Shown here one piece after another: positions 11,833 through 24,721 of a stretch of 64,000 bases of DNA. The position numbers and the translations under genes were made by a program. The stretch's first letter is position 1; each line of letters opens with the position of its first letter. The stretch covers positions 59,210,001 to 59,274,000 of the forward strand of contig NC_043002.1 in the NCBI RefSeq assembly GCF_006345805.1, given 5' to 3'. Under the pieces are notes generated by a model, which had not been told where the DNA came from, made no database searches, and was given only the letters and a program-made list of their open reading frames with translations. The stretch comes from Octopus sinensis (lineage: Eukaryota).

Positions 11833-13084
11833 TATGTGTATGAGTGTATGTGTGTTGTGTGTGTGTGTGTTTATGTATATGTGTGTGTGTGTATGCATGC
11901 TTGCATACAAATGTATGTCTGTATGATGGGTTTCTTTCAGTTTCTGTCTGCAAGTCTTTGGTAAGCCGTGAACTATAGTAGAAGATACTTGCCCAATGTG
12001 CCATGCAGAGGGAGTGAACCCAGAACCATGTGGTTGAAAAGTGAACCTCTTAATCATATAGCCATGCCTGTGCCTACACACTCATACATGCACACATGCT
12101 CTTGCACACATATATATGTATATATGCACATAGGCACACATGTAAATGCACATGAAGTTATTGACCCATTAAGTATGTTAACATCCTCCTGTACTTCGCA
12201 ATACATCTACAGTTATGTTTGTTAACAGTTGATAATGGGGATAGGCCAATGACCTTATGACGAGCATGATAATAATAACAATAATAATAATAATAATAAT
12301 AATAATAATTATAATGATGATGGTGTTGGCGACGGTGTATGGGTGGAAATATTTCTGTCATGTCAATATATAAAACTGAAATTTGACTCCTAATCTAATA
12401 ATGACGGCAACGATGGTTCAGATCAGGAATGCTAGTGGTGATGGCAGCGATGGTGCAGTGGATGTGCAGAATTGGTGCAGTGGTGGTGATAGGAATGCAG
12501 TAAAGGCAGAATGGTGTTGAAGGCAGTAGTGCAGCAGTAGTGCAGTGGAGGTGCAGCTCCAGCAGTGGTGATGGTCATAACAATCTTAATAATATGTTAG
12601 TGACACTTTTGAAACTGATAATGATGGTTTTGGTAGACATTATGTTTTACCCTCCCCCCCACCCCGACTTCAACCCTAATTGACATTAAATGTTCCAACC
12701 TGAGTTTCCTATCTTTTTTTTCTCTTTAAACATTAGCTTTCCACAACTACCATATTTGATATCATATAAAACATTCTTTCATTTCAAAAACTGTCCCCAA
12801 AGACCAATAATATCTTCAACACCACTACCATCATCATCATCACCACGACATCTTCAACACTATACCACCACCACTAACACCACCATCATCATCGTCATCA
12901 TGATGATGATGATGAAGTGAGACTTTACATTAGTTGCTAGACCTGTTAGAAATAGCAACTAAATTTCTCACATTGGACCCTGCAACCTTAAAAAAAGGAA
13001 GGACACAGAATGAAGTAGGAACATACTGTATTTGATGACATTAAAGACACATGGGTTGATTAGATGCACCCTAAGAATTCTGGA

Positions 13085-14600
13085 TAGGAGTAGAGGTCCA
13101 CCAATATCAGTCCTCAGCCCCTTCTTATATTCCTCATAGTTCTCCAGGCAATAACAGAGGAATTCAAGACAAGATGCCACTGGGAGCACTTCTATGTTGA
13201 TGACCTTGCTGTAATTGCTGAGTCACTATCAGAACTAGAGGAGAAATTTCAAGTATAGAAGCAAGGTCTAGAATTGAAGGGCCTTAGAGTCAATTTAGCA
13301 AAAACCAAAGTCTTAGTAAGTAGGAAGGCTGACAAATCACAAATCCCTTCAGGTAGATGGTCCTGCTTGATCTGTAGAAAAGGTGTAGGTAGAAGCTCCA
13401 TAAGATGTACCCAGTGTAAGCTATGGACACATAAGAGGTGCTGCAATATCAAAGGAAGGCTACCTGGGAATATAGTTTTTGTGTGTGGCAAATGCACAGG
13501 GGTAGTAAACACTGAAAATGTGCAGAAAACAGCTTCTGAGACATGCCAGGGAGAAAAACTAGAAGTAGTTGATAGCTTCCATTACCTAGGTGACCAAGTC
13601 AGGAGCAGGGGTGGATGCTTTGGGATCATAGAATAAGAATAAGAATAACAGGGCAAAGTTCAGGGAGCTCCTACCTCTGCTGCTAATAAAGGGCCTATTG
13701 CTCACAGTGAAAGATAGACTGTATGATGCTACCTGGCAGTGAAACATGGGCTGTGACTACTGTGGACATGCATAAGCTTGCAAGAAATAAAGAAATAAAG
13801 CTAGTATGCTCCTCTGGATGTGTAATATTAGTGTGCATACACGACAGAGTGTAAGTGCCCTGAGTTGGACATAAGAAGTATCAGATGTGGTGTGCAAGAG
13901 AGACAACTGTGCTTGTATGGTCATGTGTTGTGTATGGATGAGGACAGCTGTGTGAAGAAGTGTCACATCCTAACAGTGGAGGAAGACCCAGGAAAACCTG
14001 GTGGAGCACGACCTTCAAATGTTGGGCCTCACAGAGGCAATGACAAACGACTGAGACCTTTGGAGATATGCTGTGCTTGAGAAGACCCAGCCAGCCAGGT
14101 GAGACTATAAGTGTGGACTATGTCAGGGTAGCATAACTGACCCATTTAAGAGTACCCTTCAATCACTGGGCAATAAACTGTGCTTGTGAAGACCTGATGA
14201 GTTAAGCAAAATCATTGTTGTGGCCAATGTCAGTATCACCTGACTGGCACCCATGCCAGTGGCACATAAAATGCTCGATGCCAGTGCTGCCTGACTGGTC
14301 TTGTGCTGGTGGCATGTAAAATGCACCATTCAAGTGTGGTTGTTGTCAGTGGCTACTGTGCTAGCATCATGTAAAAAGCACCATTCGAGTGTGGTTGTTG
14401 CCAGTGCTGCCTGACTGCCCCTCATGCTGGTGACACATAAAAAGCACCCACTACACTCTCAGAGTGGTTGGTGTTAGGAAGGGCATCCAGCTGTCAGATC
14501 AGATTGAGCCTGGTGCAGCCTCCTGGCTTGCCAGTCCTCAGTCAAATTGTCTAACCCATGCCAGCATGTAAAGTGGGCATCAAATGACGATGACCATGAC
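13085..14600 (+). mobile_element. RTE-type LINE family C, 5'-truncated, degenerate RT with an embedded PHD-like finger
   Basis: SVLSP..VLQAITEEF..YVDDL..GLRVNLAKTK..(C4HC3)..LEVVDSFHYLG, then a 3' UTR ending ccaacccatgccagcatg..atgacgatga. Confidence 0.9.
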
Positions 14601-14850
14601 AATGATGATATATATTAATATGTACACTTTCTCCTTTCTTTCTTTCTTTCTTTTTCTTTCTTTCTTTGTCTCTCCTTCTTTCTTTCTTTCTTTCTTTCTC
14701 CTAAAACATTTGACTTTTGAGGTACATTTATTACTTCCTTCCTTCCTTCCTTCCTATCAAATATATGGTGATCACGATTGCAAATTTTGTTGTTATTTTT
14801 CATTGCATTCTTAATATATAATTCAGAAATTTAACTACTTTCTCTTGCAG

Positions 14851-15709
14851 GTCCCTGAAAATATCACTGATTACCTTCCAAAGGTGTCTGGTAAACATGG
14901 AGATCCTGGATTACAACTGAAAAGGGAAAAGAATTTGGAGAACGAAGCTGTGTTTAGCACCCAGTCTGCCATTCGCTTAAGAAACTTGTACAACAACGAC
15001 AGTGACCAAAAAACTGAACCAAACTACGTCAAAGAGGCAAGCCCACAGACAGAAAAATCGTTATCTTCCAAGAGAATCGGTGAAATACCTGAACCATTAC
15101 AGCTATCACCAGAAGATCTTTCTCCTCCACCGTTATTGTCTTCACCACCACCATCTTCACCGGAGCCGTTCTCATCACCACCACCAGTACCAGAATCAGT
15201 TGAGCCCCAAGTGCCTTTCAGAAGGTTCAGGCCCCCACATTTGCGTAAAGGAGCAAACAAGAATAACACCGATAATGTCCTTGAAGAGAGTGTTGACAAA
15301 AACTGGCAAAACAGCCTGAACGAACTGAATACAAGAATAAGTCGAAAGGGTCCCTCAAATGGAAATTTGACTGAATCTTTCAAAGGTCCAAGAATTTTGA
15401 GAACGAAATCAAGTATTGAAAGACAAATTTATAAGAATTTGGTTGAGCCGGAAACATTGAATGAAAAGGAATTGTCAAAGACAGAAGATGGCTCTTCTGT
15501 AAATGACAAAAGTGAAGATCTTTTGATTGAAGATTACAAAAAACGAAAATCAATTTCTGAAAGTAATTATTCCTTTGATGTAAAATCTGTTCTTCGAAAG
15601 GTTCCCGAGAATGCAAAAGAAAAGTCTCCAAGAGATGACAGTTTGGCTCCAAAAGAACCATTATTTAAGAATCTAGAATCAAGGCGATCGACTTCTTTTG
15701 TTCATCTTG
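14851..15709 (+). CDS. Exon A of an uncharacterised disordered S/P/K-rich protein (upstream exons not located)
   Basis: Acceptor ttctcttgcag|GTC (phase 0), open frame VPENITDYLPK...STSFVHL, donor TTG|gtaagc (phase 1). Confidence 0.88.
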
Positions 15710-16371
15710 GTAAGCAACATTTAATTTCTTTCTTTTCTTCAATTTAGATCTGTTTTCTTTTTCGCTTTCTTACTTTCTTTCATTCTTCCATTATTTCCTT
15801 CTTCCTTTCTTTGTTCTTTCTTTTCTTCATTCTTTCTTTTGTTCCTTCTTTTTTCTTTCTTTCATTCCTTTTTTCTTTTTCATTCTTTTTTCTTTCTTTC
15901 TATCTTTTTCCGTTCCTTTTTCTTTTTTTCGTTCGTTCATTCCTTCCTTCATTCCTTCCTTCTGTCTTTCCTCCCCCTCCCTCCCTCCCTTTCCTTCCTT
16001 CCTTTTTTCTTTTCTTTTCCTTTTCTCTTCATAAACAGAAGAATTCCAGGATCCTAAAACGTGCAAAAGAATCAGACACGGTTTCCTTTTTCAGTAATTA
16101 ATTTCTCTTTGCTATGAATGTTATTTTTTTCATTAAATTTGTTCTGTTTTTATGAAGGAAGTCACCGTTACATATTTCAATAAAAATCTCCCATAACTAT
16201 ACCATTAATTTCAAATTACATTTTGACTAACCGTTTTGATAAGTTAATCTTTTTTTATGCATTTCCAAAATGCTTCCATTCTAAAGTGAACCAAAAACGA
16301 AAGCTCTCTCTCTCATCATCTAATTTACATCTTTTATCTTTTCTTTTTTTTTTTGCTCTATCCTTTTGTAG

Positions 16372-16756
16372 AAAAAAAATCTGATACCAAAGTTCAGAAA
16401 GACCCACCTTGGCTCAAAGATTTCTCTGGAAAAAAAGTTGGTCGCATTTTTTCTAAATTTGATTGTGTGAAATCTCCAACAGAGAAAGAATCTGATAAAG
16501 AGCAAACTCCGAAAATCTGGGAAACATACCAGACTCCAAAAACCAACATTAATGGTGCCGAAATCAGTAAGACCAGGCCATCCAGTTTGTTCACTAGTTC
16601 TTCCACGCCACTGAAAGACACAAATAAAACCCCTGTTTTATCGGAAAACAAGAAGCCTGTGATAAATAAGGAAGGGAAAAAACTGTCCTCATCATCATCA
16701 TTATCGTCATCTTCACTGCAGAAACACAAGACTGAGTCGAAACCGAATGAAAGCTG
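16372..16756 (+). CDS. Exon B, same gene
   Basis: Long polypyrimidine tract ending ttttgtag. The phase-1 join recreates GAA. EKKSDTKVQKDPPWLKDF...KPNES; donor CTG|gtcagt (phase 2). Confidence 0.85.
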
Positions 16757-17009
16757 GTCAGTACATTCATCTGTCTCTCCATTTCTCTCTCTGCTTCACT
16801 TGCCTTTCTGCCTGCCTGGTTGTTTGTCTGTTTGTTCGTCTGTCTGTTGTTATCTAAAAACGTGTGTGTGTGTGTATGACATATTAGAAAGATGACTAAT
16901 ATTAAAAAAAAAAAAAAAATTCTTAAAGAATTTTATTGGAGTGAAACCAAACTGCCTGAAAATTTATGTGTGTGTGTAGGCATGTATGTCTGTGTGCTTA
17001 TAAGTCTGC

Positions 17010-17050
<41 letters not shown>

Positions 17051-17121
17051 AATATATATACATATATCTATCTATCTATCTATATATATATATATATATA
17101 GATAGATACAAATATATATAC

Positions 17122-17160
<39 letters not shown>

Positions 17161-17224
17161 TACAAATATATATACATATATATATATATATATAATATAT
17201 ATATATAGATACAAATATATATAC

Positions 17225-17256
<32 letters not shown>

Positions 17257-17273
17257 GATACAAATATATATAC

Positions 17274-17304
<31 letters not shown>

Positions 17305-17421
17305 CACACACACACATACATACATATATGTATATACATACATATATACAGACATACACGTATATATATACATATACACATACATACATATATACAGACA
17401 TACATATATATATATATACAG

Positions 17422-17492
<71 letters not shown>

Positions 17493-17514
17493 CATATATA
17501 TGTATTTATGTATA

Positions 17515-18677
17515 TTTGGTCATCCCATAAATAATGCATTTTTTAATATTTATTTTATTTTTCAAAATTAAGATAAACAAAGTTCTTTTTTAATCCAAAA
17601 TATACTCTCCTTTATTTTCTGCAATGCTCTTCTTTCTTTCTGGCAGACTTGCAAGGCCCCTCTTCCAAAATTCAATTGTCCATGATGAAAAATATACTCC
17701 TCCAGTACTGTTCTGACCTCGTCTACGGAATTCATATTTTTTCCGTCCAGATGATTTTGAAGACTATGAAATAAATGATAAATCTGATGGGGCAATGTCC
17801 AGGGAATACGGTGGGTGAGGCATCGTTTCCCATTCAAACTGCTCCAGCCTTTGAAATGTCATCCTCGCTGTATATGGCTGAGCATTATCCTGATGGAAGA
17901 ACACCTTTGGTCTTGAAACCAAAGATGGTCGTTTTTCTTCTAGAGCTAACTCAAGCTACTCACAATAGATCTCATTTGTTATCAATTGGTTTAGGTTTAA
18001 AAGTTGACAATTGACATTTTTATAGAGAATCCTTTACTTGTCACTGGTCACTATTCGATCCAAAAAAAGGTTCATTTGTGAGACATGACAGCAAAGAAGA
18101 GCACACATTCACTCTCTGCATGAAATTAGACTCAGTTTGTGAGGAAACCATTGACCCAATTTGCTGACTTTTCTGATGGCATGCAGATGTTGATGAATGG
18201 TTGACTGACCAAATCCAAGCTTCTCTGCTAGTTCCTCAACAGTTACGATAGGATTTTGTTTCACCAGGGTTTGCAGGACATCCTCATCAAGCTCTACAGA
18301 TCTTCCAGGATAAGGCTCATCTTCTAGGTTGTAGTTTCAGGTTCAGAATTCCTGCAACACCATTGATACTGTCTTATGCTTATTGTCCAATCCCCAAATA
18401 CTGCATTAATATTCCTTGCACTTTCCATTGCGTTGCTGCCTTTATTGAACTCATAAAGCAAAACATGCCGAATATGCTCCTTTGTCACTTCCATTATAGC
18501 TTTGGAAAAATAACTGTTGAAATTGAACTACACCCTTCAAAACTTGCACTAAGAATAAGGACAAGGAAAAATTACTACCTGCTTTTATAGCAAGTTGATG
18601 CAGGCAGTTTATCCCATCCCTCTCCGACTTTTAGTTCATGCAATTGAAAAATCCACATTATTTATAGGATGATCCAA
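17515..18677 (-). mobile_element. Mariner transposon relic
   Basis: TIRs of about 30 bp (ttggtcatcccataaataatg and cattatttataggatgatccaa) with TA flanks. Minus-strand YHLFHSLQNHLDGKNMNSVDEVR remnant. Confidence 0.85.
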
Positions 18678-18698
18678 TATACATATATATACATCTAT

Positions 18699-18766
<68 letters not shown>

Positions 18767-19057
18767 ATATCTGTCTATCTAACTGTCTGTCTGTCTGTCT
18801 GTATGTATGTATGTATGTATGTATGTACACATATATCTGTCTATCTATATGCATATTTCTATAGCTGTCTATCTATACACATGTTTTTATTGGCTATACA
18901 TATTTAAAAAACATGTATAATGAAAATACATACAATCTAGATTGACAAGAATTGTAATAAGAATCGGTTGTTTAGAAGACATTATATCTTTCACATGATT
19001 ATTGTATTTTAATAATGTTTTTTCTTTACTACTTATGTTTATTTTCTGTATTTTTAG

Positions 19058-19098
19058 GTCTACACCAACAACATACAGGAGAAAGAGTCAAGAATCAG
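19058..19098 (+). CDS. Exon C (41 nt), same gene
   Basis: tttttag|G completes TGG; STPTTYRRKSQES; donor CAG|gtattt. Phases 2 to 1 fit both neighbours. Confidence 0.8.
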
Positions 19099-19396
19099 GT
19101 ATTTATTTGTTATTTTGCCATAAAATAAATCTTGAACCTAGCATTTGCGTGAGCTTGACCACTAATACATTGTTGTTTCAACCTTGTTAGATCTTATTTG
19201 CAACAATCTGGGTAAGGCTCAACCGTACACCCGTGCCTGCACTTATAAACACGTATGCACAAACACACATACACACACTGGCACCCCATTGGTTATGATG
19301 ATGAGGGTTCCAGTTGTTGATCCTCTCAGCTGAACTAACTGTTTGCAAAATTAACGTGCAAGTGGCTGAGCACTCCACAGACACATGTGTCCTTAA

Positions 19397-19616
19397 TCCT
19401 TTTGTTACTATATTTATTTTGAGATGCTCTGTGTTTCTTTCAATTACTTTAAATATAACAAAGAATTTAGTAAAGTAACTTAGTTATCATTCAGCTAATG
19501 TTAAGAGCATAAATTGTGACTAAGGTTTGGTGGAAGATTTTAATTCAAAACTTATGAAAGCAAGACATTTGTACTCAGAGCCAGAGCTGGTTTCAGCCGG
19601 GTTGGTAATGAAAGGG
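19397..19616. mobile_element. TTAA-flanked MITE (piggyBac/Kolobok-like) inserted in a SINE
   Basis: ttaa-tcctttt.gttac ... gtaatgaaaggg-ttaa. The host SINE reads through the TTAA site on both sides (19300-19396, 19617-19690). Confidence 0.7.
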
Positions 19617-19779
19617 TTAATGTAGTTCTCAGGGAGATTTAAAATGACACAATGTAACAGAGTTGGTCCTTTGAAATAATATGCTGCTTGGAATTGACCT
19701 CGTAACCTTATGATCATCAGCCAAATATCCTAACCTCTACGCCAGACACCTCTCCCCCACCCCACACAGCAGCAGGCGT

Positions 19780-20370
19780 TTTATAACTTTATCTACCAAA
19801 TTCACTCACAGAGTTTTCGGCATCCTGGGCCTACAGCAAGAGACACTCACCTAAAGTACTGTGCAGTGGGATTGAACCAGAAGCCATGTTCTTGGGATGT
19901 GAACTTCTTAACCCCATAGCTGTTGTTGCTGAGGTTGATATTACTGAATGTGCAGAAAAATTGCTGTGATAGGCGCAGGCATGGCTGTGTGGTAAGAAGC
20001 TTGCTTCCCAACCTCATGGCTCAAGGTTCAGTCCCACTGCATGGCGCCTTGGCCAAGTGTTTTTTACTATAGTCCTGTGCTGACCAAAGCCTTGTAAGTG
20101 GATTTGGTAGGCGGAAACTGAAAGAAGCCTGTCATATGTGTGTGTGTGCGTGTGTCTGTATTTGTCCACCACCACTGCCACTTGACCACTGCTGTTGGTT
20201 TGTCTATGTCTTCATAACTTAGTGGTTCAGCAAAAAAGACTTATAGAATAAGTACCAGGCTTTAAAAAAAAGTAGATAATTACCAGGGTTGATTTGTTTG
20301 ACTAAAACTTCTTTAAGGCAGTGCCCCAGCATGGTCACAGTCTAATGACTAAAACTAGTGAAAAATAAAT
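19780..20370. mobile_element. Head-to-head SINE family A pair (19780-19925 minus; 19972-20370 plus)
   Basis: Both match 54390-54815. Confidence 0.8.
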
Positions 20371-20374
20371 CTTC

Positions 20375-20640
20375 AGATGTTACCATCTCAAGTTCTGGAT
20401 CTGATGAGGCTGGTTGTCTGGTTTCCATGGAGAAGAATTGACCAAGATCACAACCCTACCCTTTCTACACAGGACACCAGTCTGTTGCATGGTACCTCTT
20501 TTACGCCTGAGTGGACTGAACCAACATGGGAAATGAAGTGTTTTTGCTCAAGAACACAACACGCCTCCTGGTCCTGGAATTGAAACCACAATCTTGCAGT
20601 CATGGGTGCAGAACTTGAACTAGTAGGCCATGTGCCTTTA
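20375..20640 (-). mobile_element. GTGAAGG-type SINE fragment
   Basis: gaaatgaagtgtttttgctcaagaacacaac...gaattgaaaccacaatcttg is the reverse complement of the head. Confidence 0.65.
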
Positions 20641-20859
20641 CTGATTTTGTTGTGTAGCTCCATAAAATAGTAACAAGAGATGAGTGTTCAGGACCCCCTT
20701 CATACACACACCACCACCACCACCAACAACTACTACTGCAAGAGACAGATACATAGATAGAGGGAGAGAGAGAGAAAAAGTGAAAGAGAATGAGAATGTG
20801 TGTGTGTATGTGTCAGTTTAGATGTTTCTATTTCATTTCACTATTTCTTTGTGTTTTAG

Positions 20860-20999
20860 ATAAAATCTCACAACAGCGGAAGTCAGTGTCAAGCACTCAG
20901 AACTTATCCTTCTCAGTTTCAAGTATTTCTGAAGCTGTTCCAGACTGGAAGAAGAAATTGGCTGAGAAAAACAAGACCAAAAGAGAATCATTCTCAAAA
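20860..20999 (+). CDS. Exon D, same gene
   Basis: gtgttttag|AT completes GAT; DKISQQRKSVSS...VPDWKKKLAEKNKTKRESFSK; donor AAA|gtaagt (phase 0). Confidence 0.88.
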
Positions 21000-21109
21000 G
21001 TAAGTAACAATTAAAAAAAACCCCAATAAAAACAAACAAAAGAAGACAAAAAATTAATTCAGTCTTTCTTTGGTGATTCGCAAACCATTCTTTCATTATT
21101 TTTCGCCTT

Positions 21110-21435
21110 TTTTTTGTTTCAGTTATTAGACTGTGGCCATGCTGGGGCACCACCTTGAAGAATCTTTTAGTTGAATGAATCAACTCCAGAACTATTTTTT
21201 TAAGTTTGATTTATTCTATCAGTCTCTTTTGCCAAAACCACAAAGTTACAGTGGATGTAAACACACCAACACTGGTTGTGAAGCTGTGGTAAGAGACATA
21301 CACACACACATGACGGGATTCTTTCAGTTTCCATCTACCAAATCCACTCTCAAGGCTTTTGTCCAAGGTGCCACGTTGTTGGACTGAACCCAGAACCATG
21401 TGGTTGGGAAGCAAGCTACTTACCACACAGCCACT
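21110..21435 (-). mobile_element. SINE family A
   Basis: ttctttcagtttccatctaccaaatccactc.caaggcttt...gaacccagaaccatgtggttgggaagcaagc. Confidence 0.8.
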
Positions 21436-22442
21436 TCTGCATTTTATTGAGGTTTTCACTGGAACTTTGATTCCCCTTTTTCATTAATAAACCTTGACCT
21501 ACCAGTTTGTTGGTGAATGTTGATCCTTTATGAGCTCCTTGTTTGTGAGTTCAAACCCACTGCAGGTATATTTTTCATCTCAGGTCATTTTATTGTACAG
21601 TTCACATATCAGTTTAGGAATGGGTCCCTGATCATCCAAGAATCCTGTTTCTCATAGATTGATTCTCCCCCCACCCTTGTTCATGTCATTGTCTTTCTGC
21701 CATTAAATTTGCCATTAAATTTGATTCAAGCAGTGACCATCCTCTTCAAATATAATTTTGGTGAGATTTTGTCTCTTTCTGTGTTTAGGTTTCAAATTGC
21801 TGATAAAACTGGAATAAAAATGTTGTTTAATTGTATTAAATTAAAATATATTTTTTCTTCACCAAAATGGCCAAAATCAGACACCATGCTAGCTGCCCAT
21901 GAGAATTAAGGTTGCTTGAATAACCCTTCTGATTCTAAACATTGCTATGGTTCACTGTTTCAATCAGAATTATTACTTTGCTTGGAAACAAGTAAAGGTT
22001 GATGACAGGAAAGGCATCTACTATAGAAAATCTGTGTTAATGTTGTAATTCTTTGTCAGACTGTTGTAACACCCAATCCAGTATAGTTGTTTAGTTAGAC
22101 AATTAAGACCATGACTATCTATGACTGTCTACTCTGTACTCTCTATAACTTCTGAGACTGACTTACAGTATTTATAATGACTAGCACATACCACTCATCA
22201 TGTGGGAGGAGTGGACCAATACTACTGTTATCCCCATAACAGTTTACAAATTTCATTTGACCCTTGCAAGAATGGAAAAGTGAGTGTTAAAATGATGAAA
22301 AGCTTGTTTCATGAATTTGAAATTTCAAAGTTAAAAAAAACTATATATAAAAAAAATGGCAATGTCATTCTAAATTCTTGTTCTTGGTTTTCACCCATTG
22401 TTTTTTTAAAGAATTAATTGGAAAGTAATTTTTGAATTTCAG

Positions 22443-24347
22443 ATAAAGAATTTTAATTCTTATAAAAAATACTTTACACTTAATGTCTCCAAGATCAAAA
22501 ACCATAAATGGACTAACAGGAACTATACGATTCCAACAGTAAAATCCCAAACGCGACAACAACAGCAACAAAAACAATCATTGTCGTCGATATTGTCTCC
22601 TTCAAGAACAACTGCTATAGCAGCAGTGGCAACGGCAACAACATCAACAACAACAACAGCAACAACAACAGCGGCTGCAATTGTGACTGCAACAACCACA
22701 GCGACCATTATTGGGACGGTTGCAGCATCGACTGCCATTGCAGAAATAACAACATCACCAAATAAAGATAGTTTTGAAAAATGTGGCATTGATATTAACA
22801 ACAGCAACAACGATATTTATTACAACAACAACAATAACAGCTATAGCAACAACAACAACAACAGCAGCAGCAGTCAGACCAACGGCTACAACATCAATAA
22901 CAGCAACTATTACCACAACAATTACTACGAGAGCTACCCAAACCAGAACGAGTATAACAACGTCAATAATTCTAGTAACTATAGCAACGAATATCTCCAT
23001 TGGGAACTTCAGCAAAACAATATGTATAATCCGAATGATAACTTTTATCCTAATATGGGTCCTTATCCGACGCCATCAGTTTCTATGCCAAATGTGACAG
23101 ATGAGAGTTACCAGTCATGGTACCAAGGCCAACCCCAACAAAACTACTACAATGGTTATTACCAAAGTTATCCCATGTACAATGCACAACAAGGCTGTCC
23201 AACTGATGTTTCTTATTCTATGCCTCATATTGCACACTCAGCTTCATTTGATGGTCAGATATATGACCAGCCAAGATATGACCCTAATTATCCACCATTG
23301 ACTTCGCAATCATTCGATTCATTTGTCTATCCTGACGAGAAAACCGTTGATAGTCCAAGAACACCAAAAATTAGCCCCAAACCATCTCCTAAATCGAGTC
23401 CCAAACCAACTCCCAAATTGAGTCCTTCAACTAAAAGTGCCAACAATTTAGAGTGCCACAGTGATGACAATGGCTCAGCGTCTCCAGTTCGAAACTCTGC
23501 TCGATTTGTTAAAGTCCTTCCCTCAACTCTCGGTATTGATTCACCAATTAGTAAACCTAAATTGAGAGGCCGTAAACAACCGGTTTCAACACCAGACACA
23601 AGTCCTCAAAAGCCCTCTTGTCCTATGTATTCTTTGAGTAATGCAGAAAGCCAGCATGATCTACCTAGTGCAGTTAAGGCCAAACAGTCAAACAAATCTC
23701 TCTATGTGCGTGTTTTGCCAGCACCTATACTATCTGAGAAAAAGTTAAGTCCTAAGAAGATTAAAGAATTTACTGATTTATCTCCTCAGTCAAGTCCAGT
23801 AAATCACATTCCAAAGACTTCAAACCTTAATAAGAAAAATTCACATCACTCCAGCCCCGAGATGAAATATTTCTCTAAAAAATTCTTCAGCAAGAAAACT
23901 GAAAATATATCCAGTGATTCTGATCTGACACCAGAACACAAAGAGAAAAGGCCTAAATCAAAGCGCTACCGATTAAAATTTCCTGCTAGTCCGAAATTTT
24001 CACCATTTAAGAACAAGAAATCAAAGAGTGTATCAAGTAAATCCAAATCCAGTTCAGAGAACAGTCCTGTGCAGAGTGATGGAGTCACTGATGACAGCAA
24101 TGAAGTTGACGAGGATGATACCAAGGAGAAAGCCACCATGCAACAAGTGAAAGGACCTTATTACCAGATCTTGCGGAGCCCGCTGAAAAACAAGAGTATT
24201 AGACCAAACCTAGAGCGGTCTTATACAGTTCCAGTGATGGATACAAATGACGAGGACTTTTTAAATCGATTGGATATTAACGATAACAGCTCGGACAGTG
24301 AAGTTAGCACTGAGAAAGTTAATCGATCTTTTGTCCGTACCCGTCGG
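22443..24347 (+). CDS. Exon E (1905 nt, phase 0-0), same gene; possibly a cassette exon
   Basis: Acceptor tttgaatttcag|ATA. The frame is open 46 codons upstream of the listed ORF start. Donor CGG|gtaaga. Encodes poly-Thr/Asn, Y/N/Q-rich and SPK-rich segments. Confidence 0.8.
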
Positions 24348-24721
24348 GTAAGATGGATGCACACTTGTAACCTCCAGCAGCAGAAGCACCACCACCTCTA
24401 CCACCACTCACCACAATTTCCACCAACACCACCCCTACGATTATCACACCCATTACAGATTATAATTTGTATATATATTTGTTATTGTAGTAAAATATTT
24501 TTTGCTCATTTCCTTTTGTTACACAGCTTTTACTCTAAACATCATCTTATGTCAACACTCAGTTTCTTTAATTGCTAATAATATTAATCATCATTGTTTA
24601 ACGTCTGCTTTCCATGGGTTGGACGGTTTGACTGAGGACTGGCAAGCCAGAAGGCTGCACCAGGCTCCAATCTGATCTGGCAGAGTTTCTGCAGCTAGAT
24701 ACCAATAATAATGATAATAAA

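Noticed and set aside
14190-14215. CTGATGA in cctgatgagttaagcaaaatc as a hammerhead
   Set aside because: Part of the LINE-C 3' UTR. The homologous copy near 10865 lacks the heptamer, and there is no GAAA or stem I.
22523-23599. Overlapping alternative-frame and antisense ORFs within exon E
   Set aside because: By-products of ACA/AAC codon repeats. Only the frame of 22443-24347 fits both splice phases.
24342-24356. RRVRW PP1-docking motif in the read-through of exon E
   Set aside because: V-R-W is the translation of the donor site gtaagatgg, so probably coincidental unless intron retention is shown.
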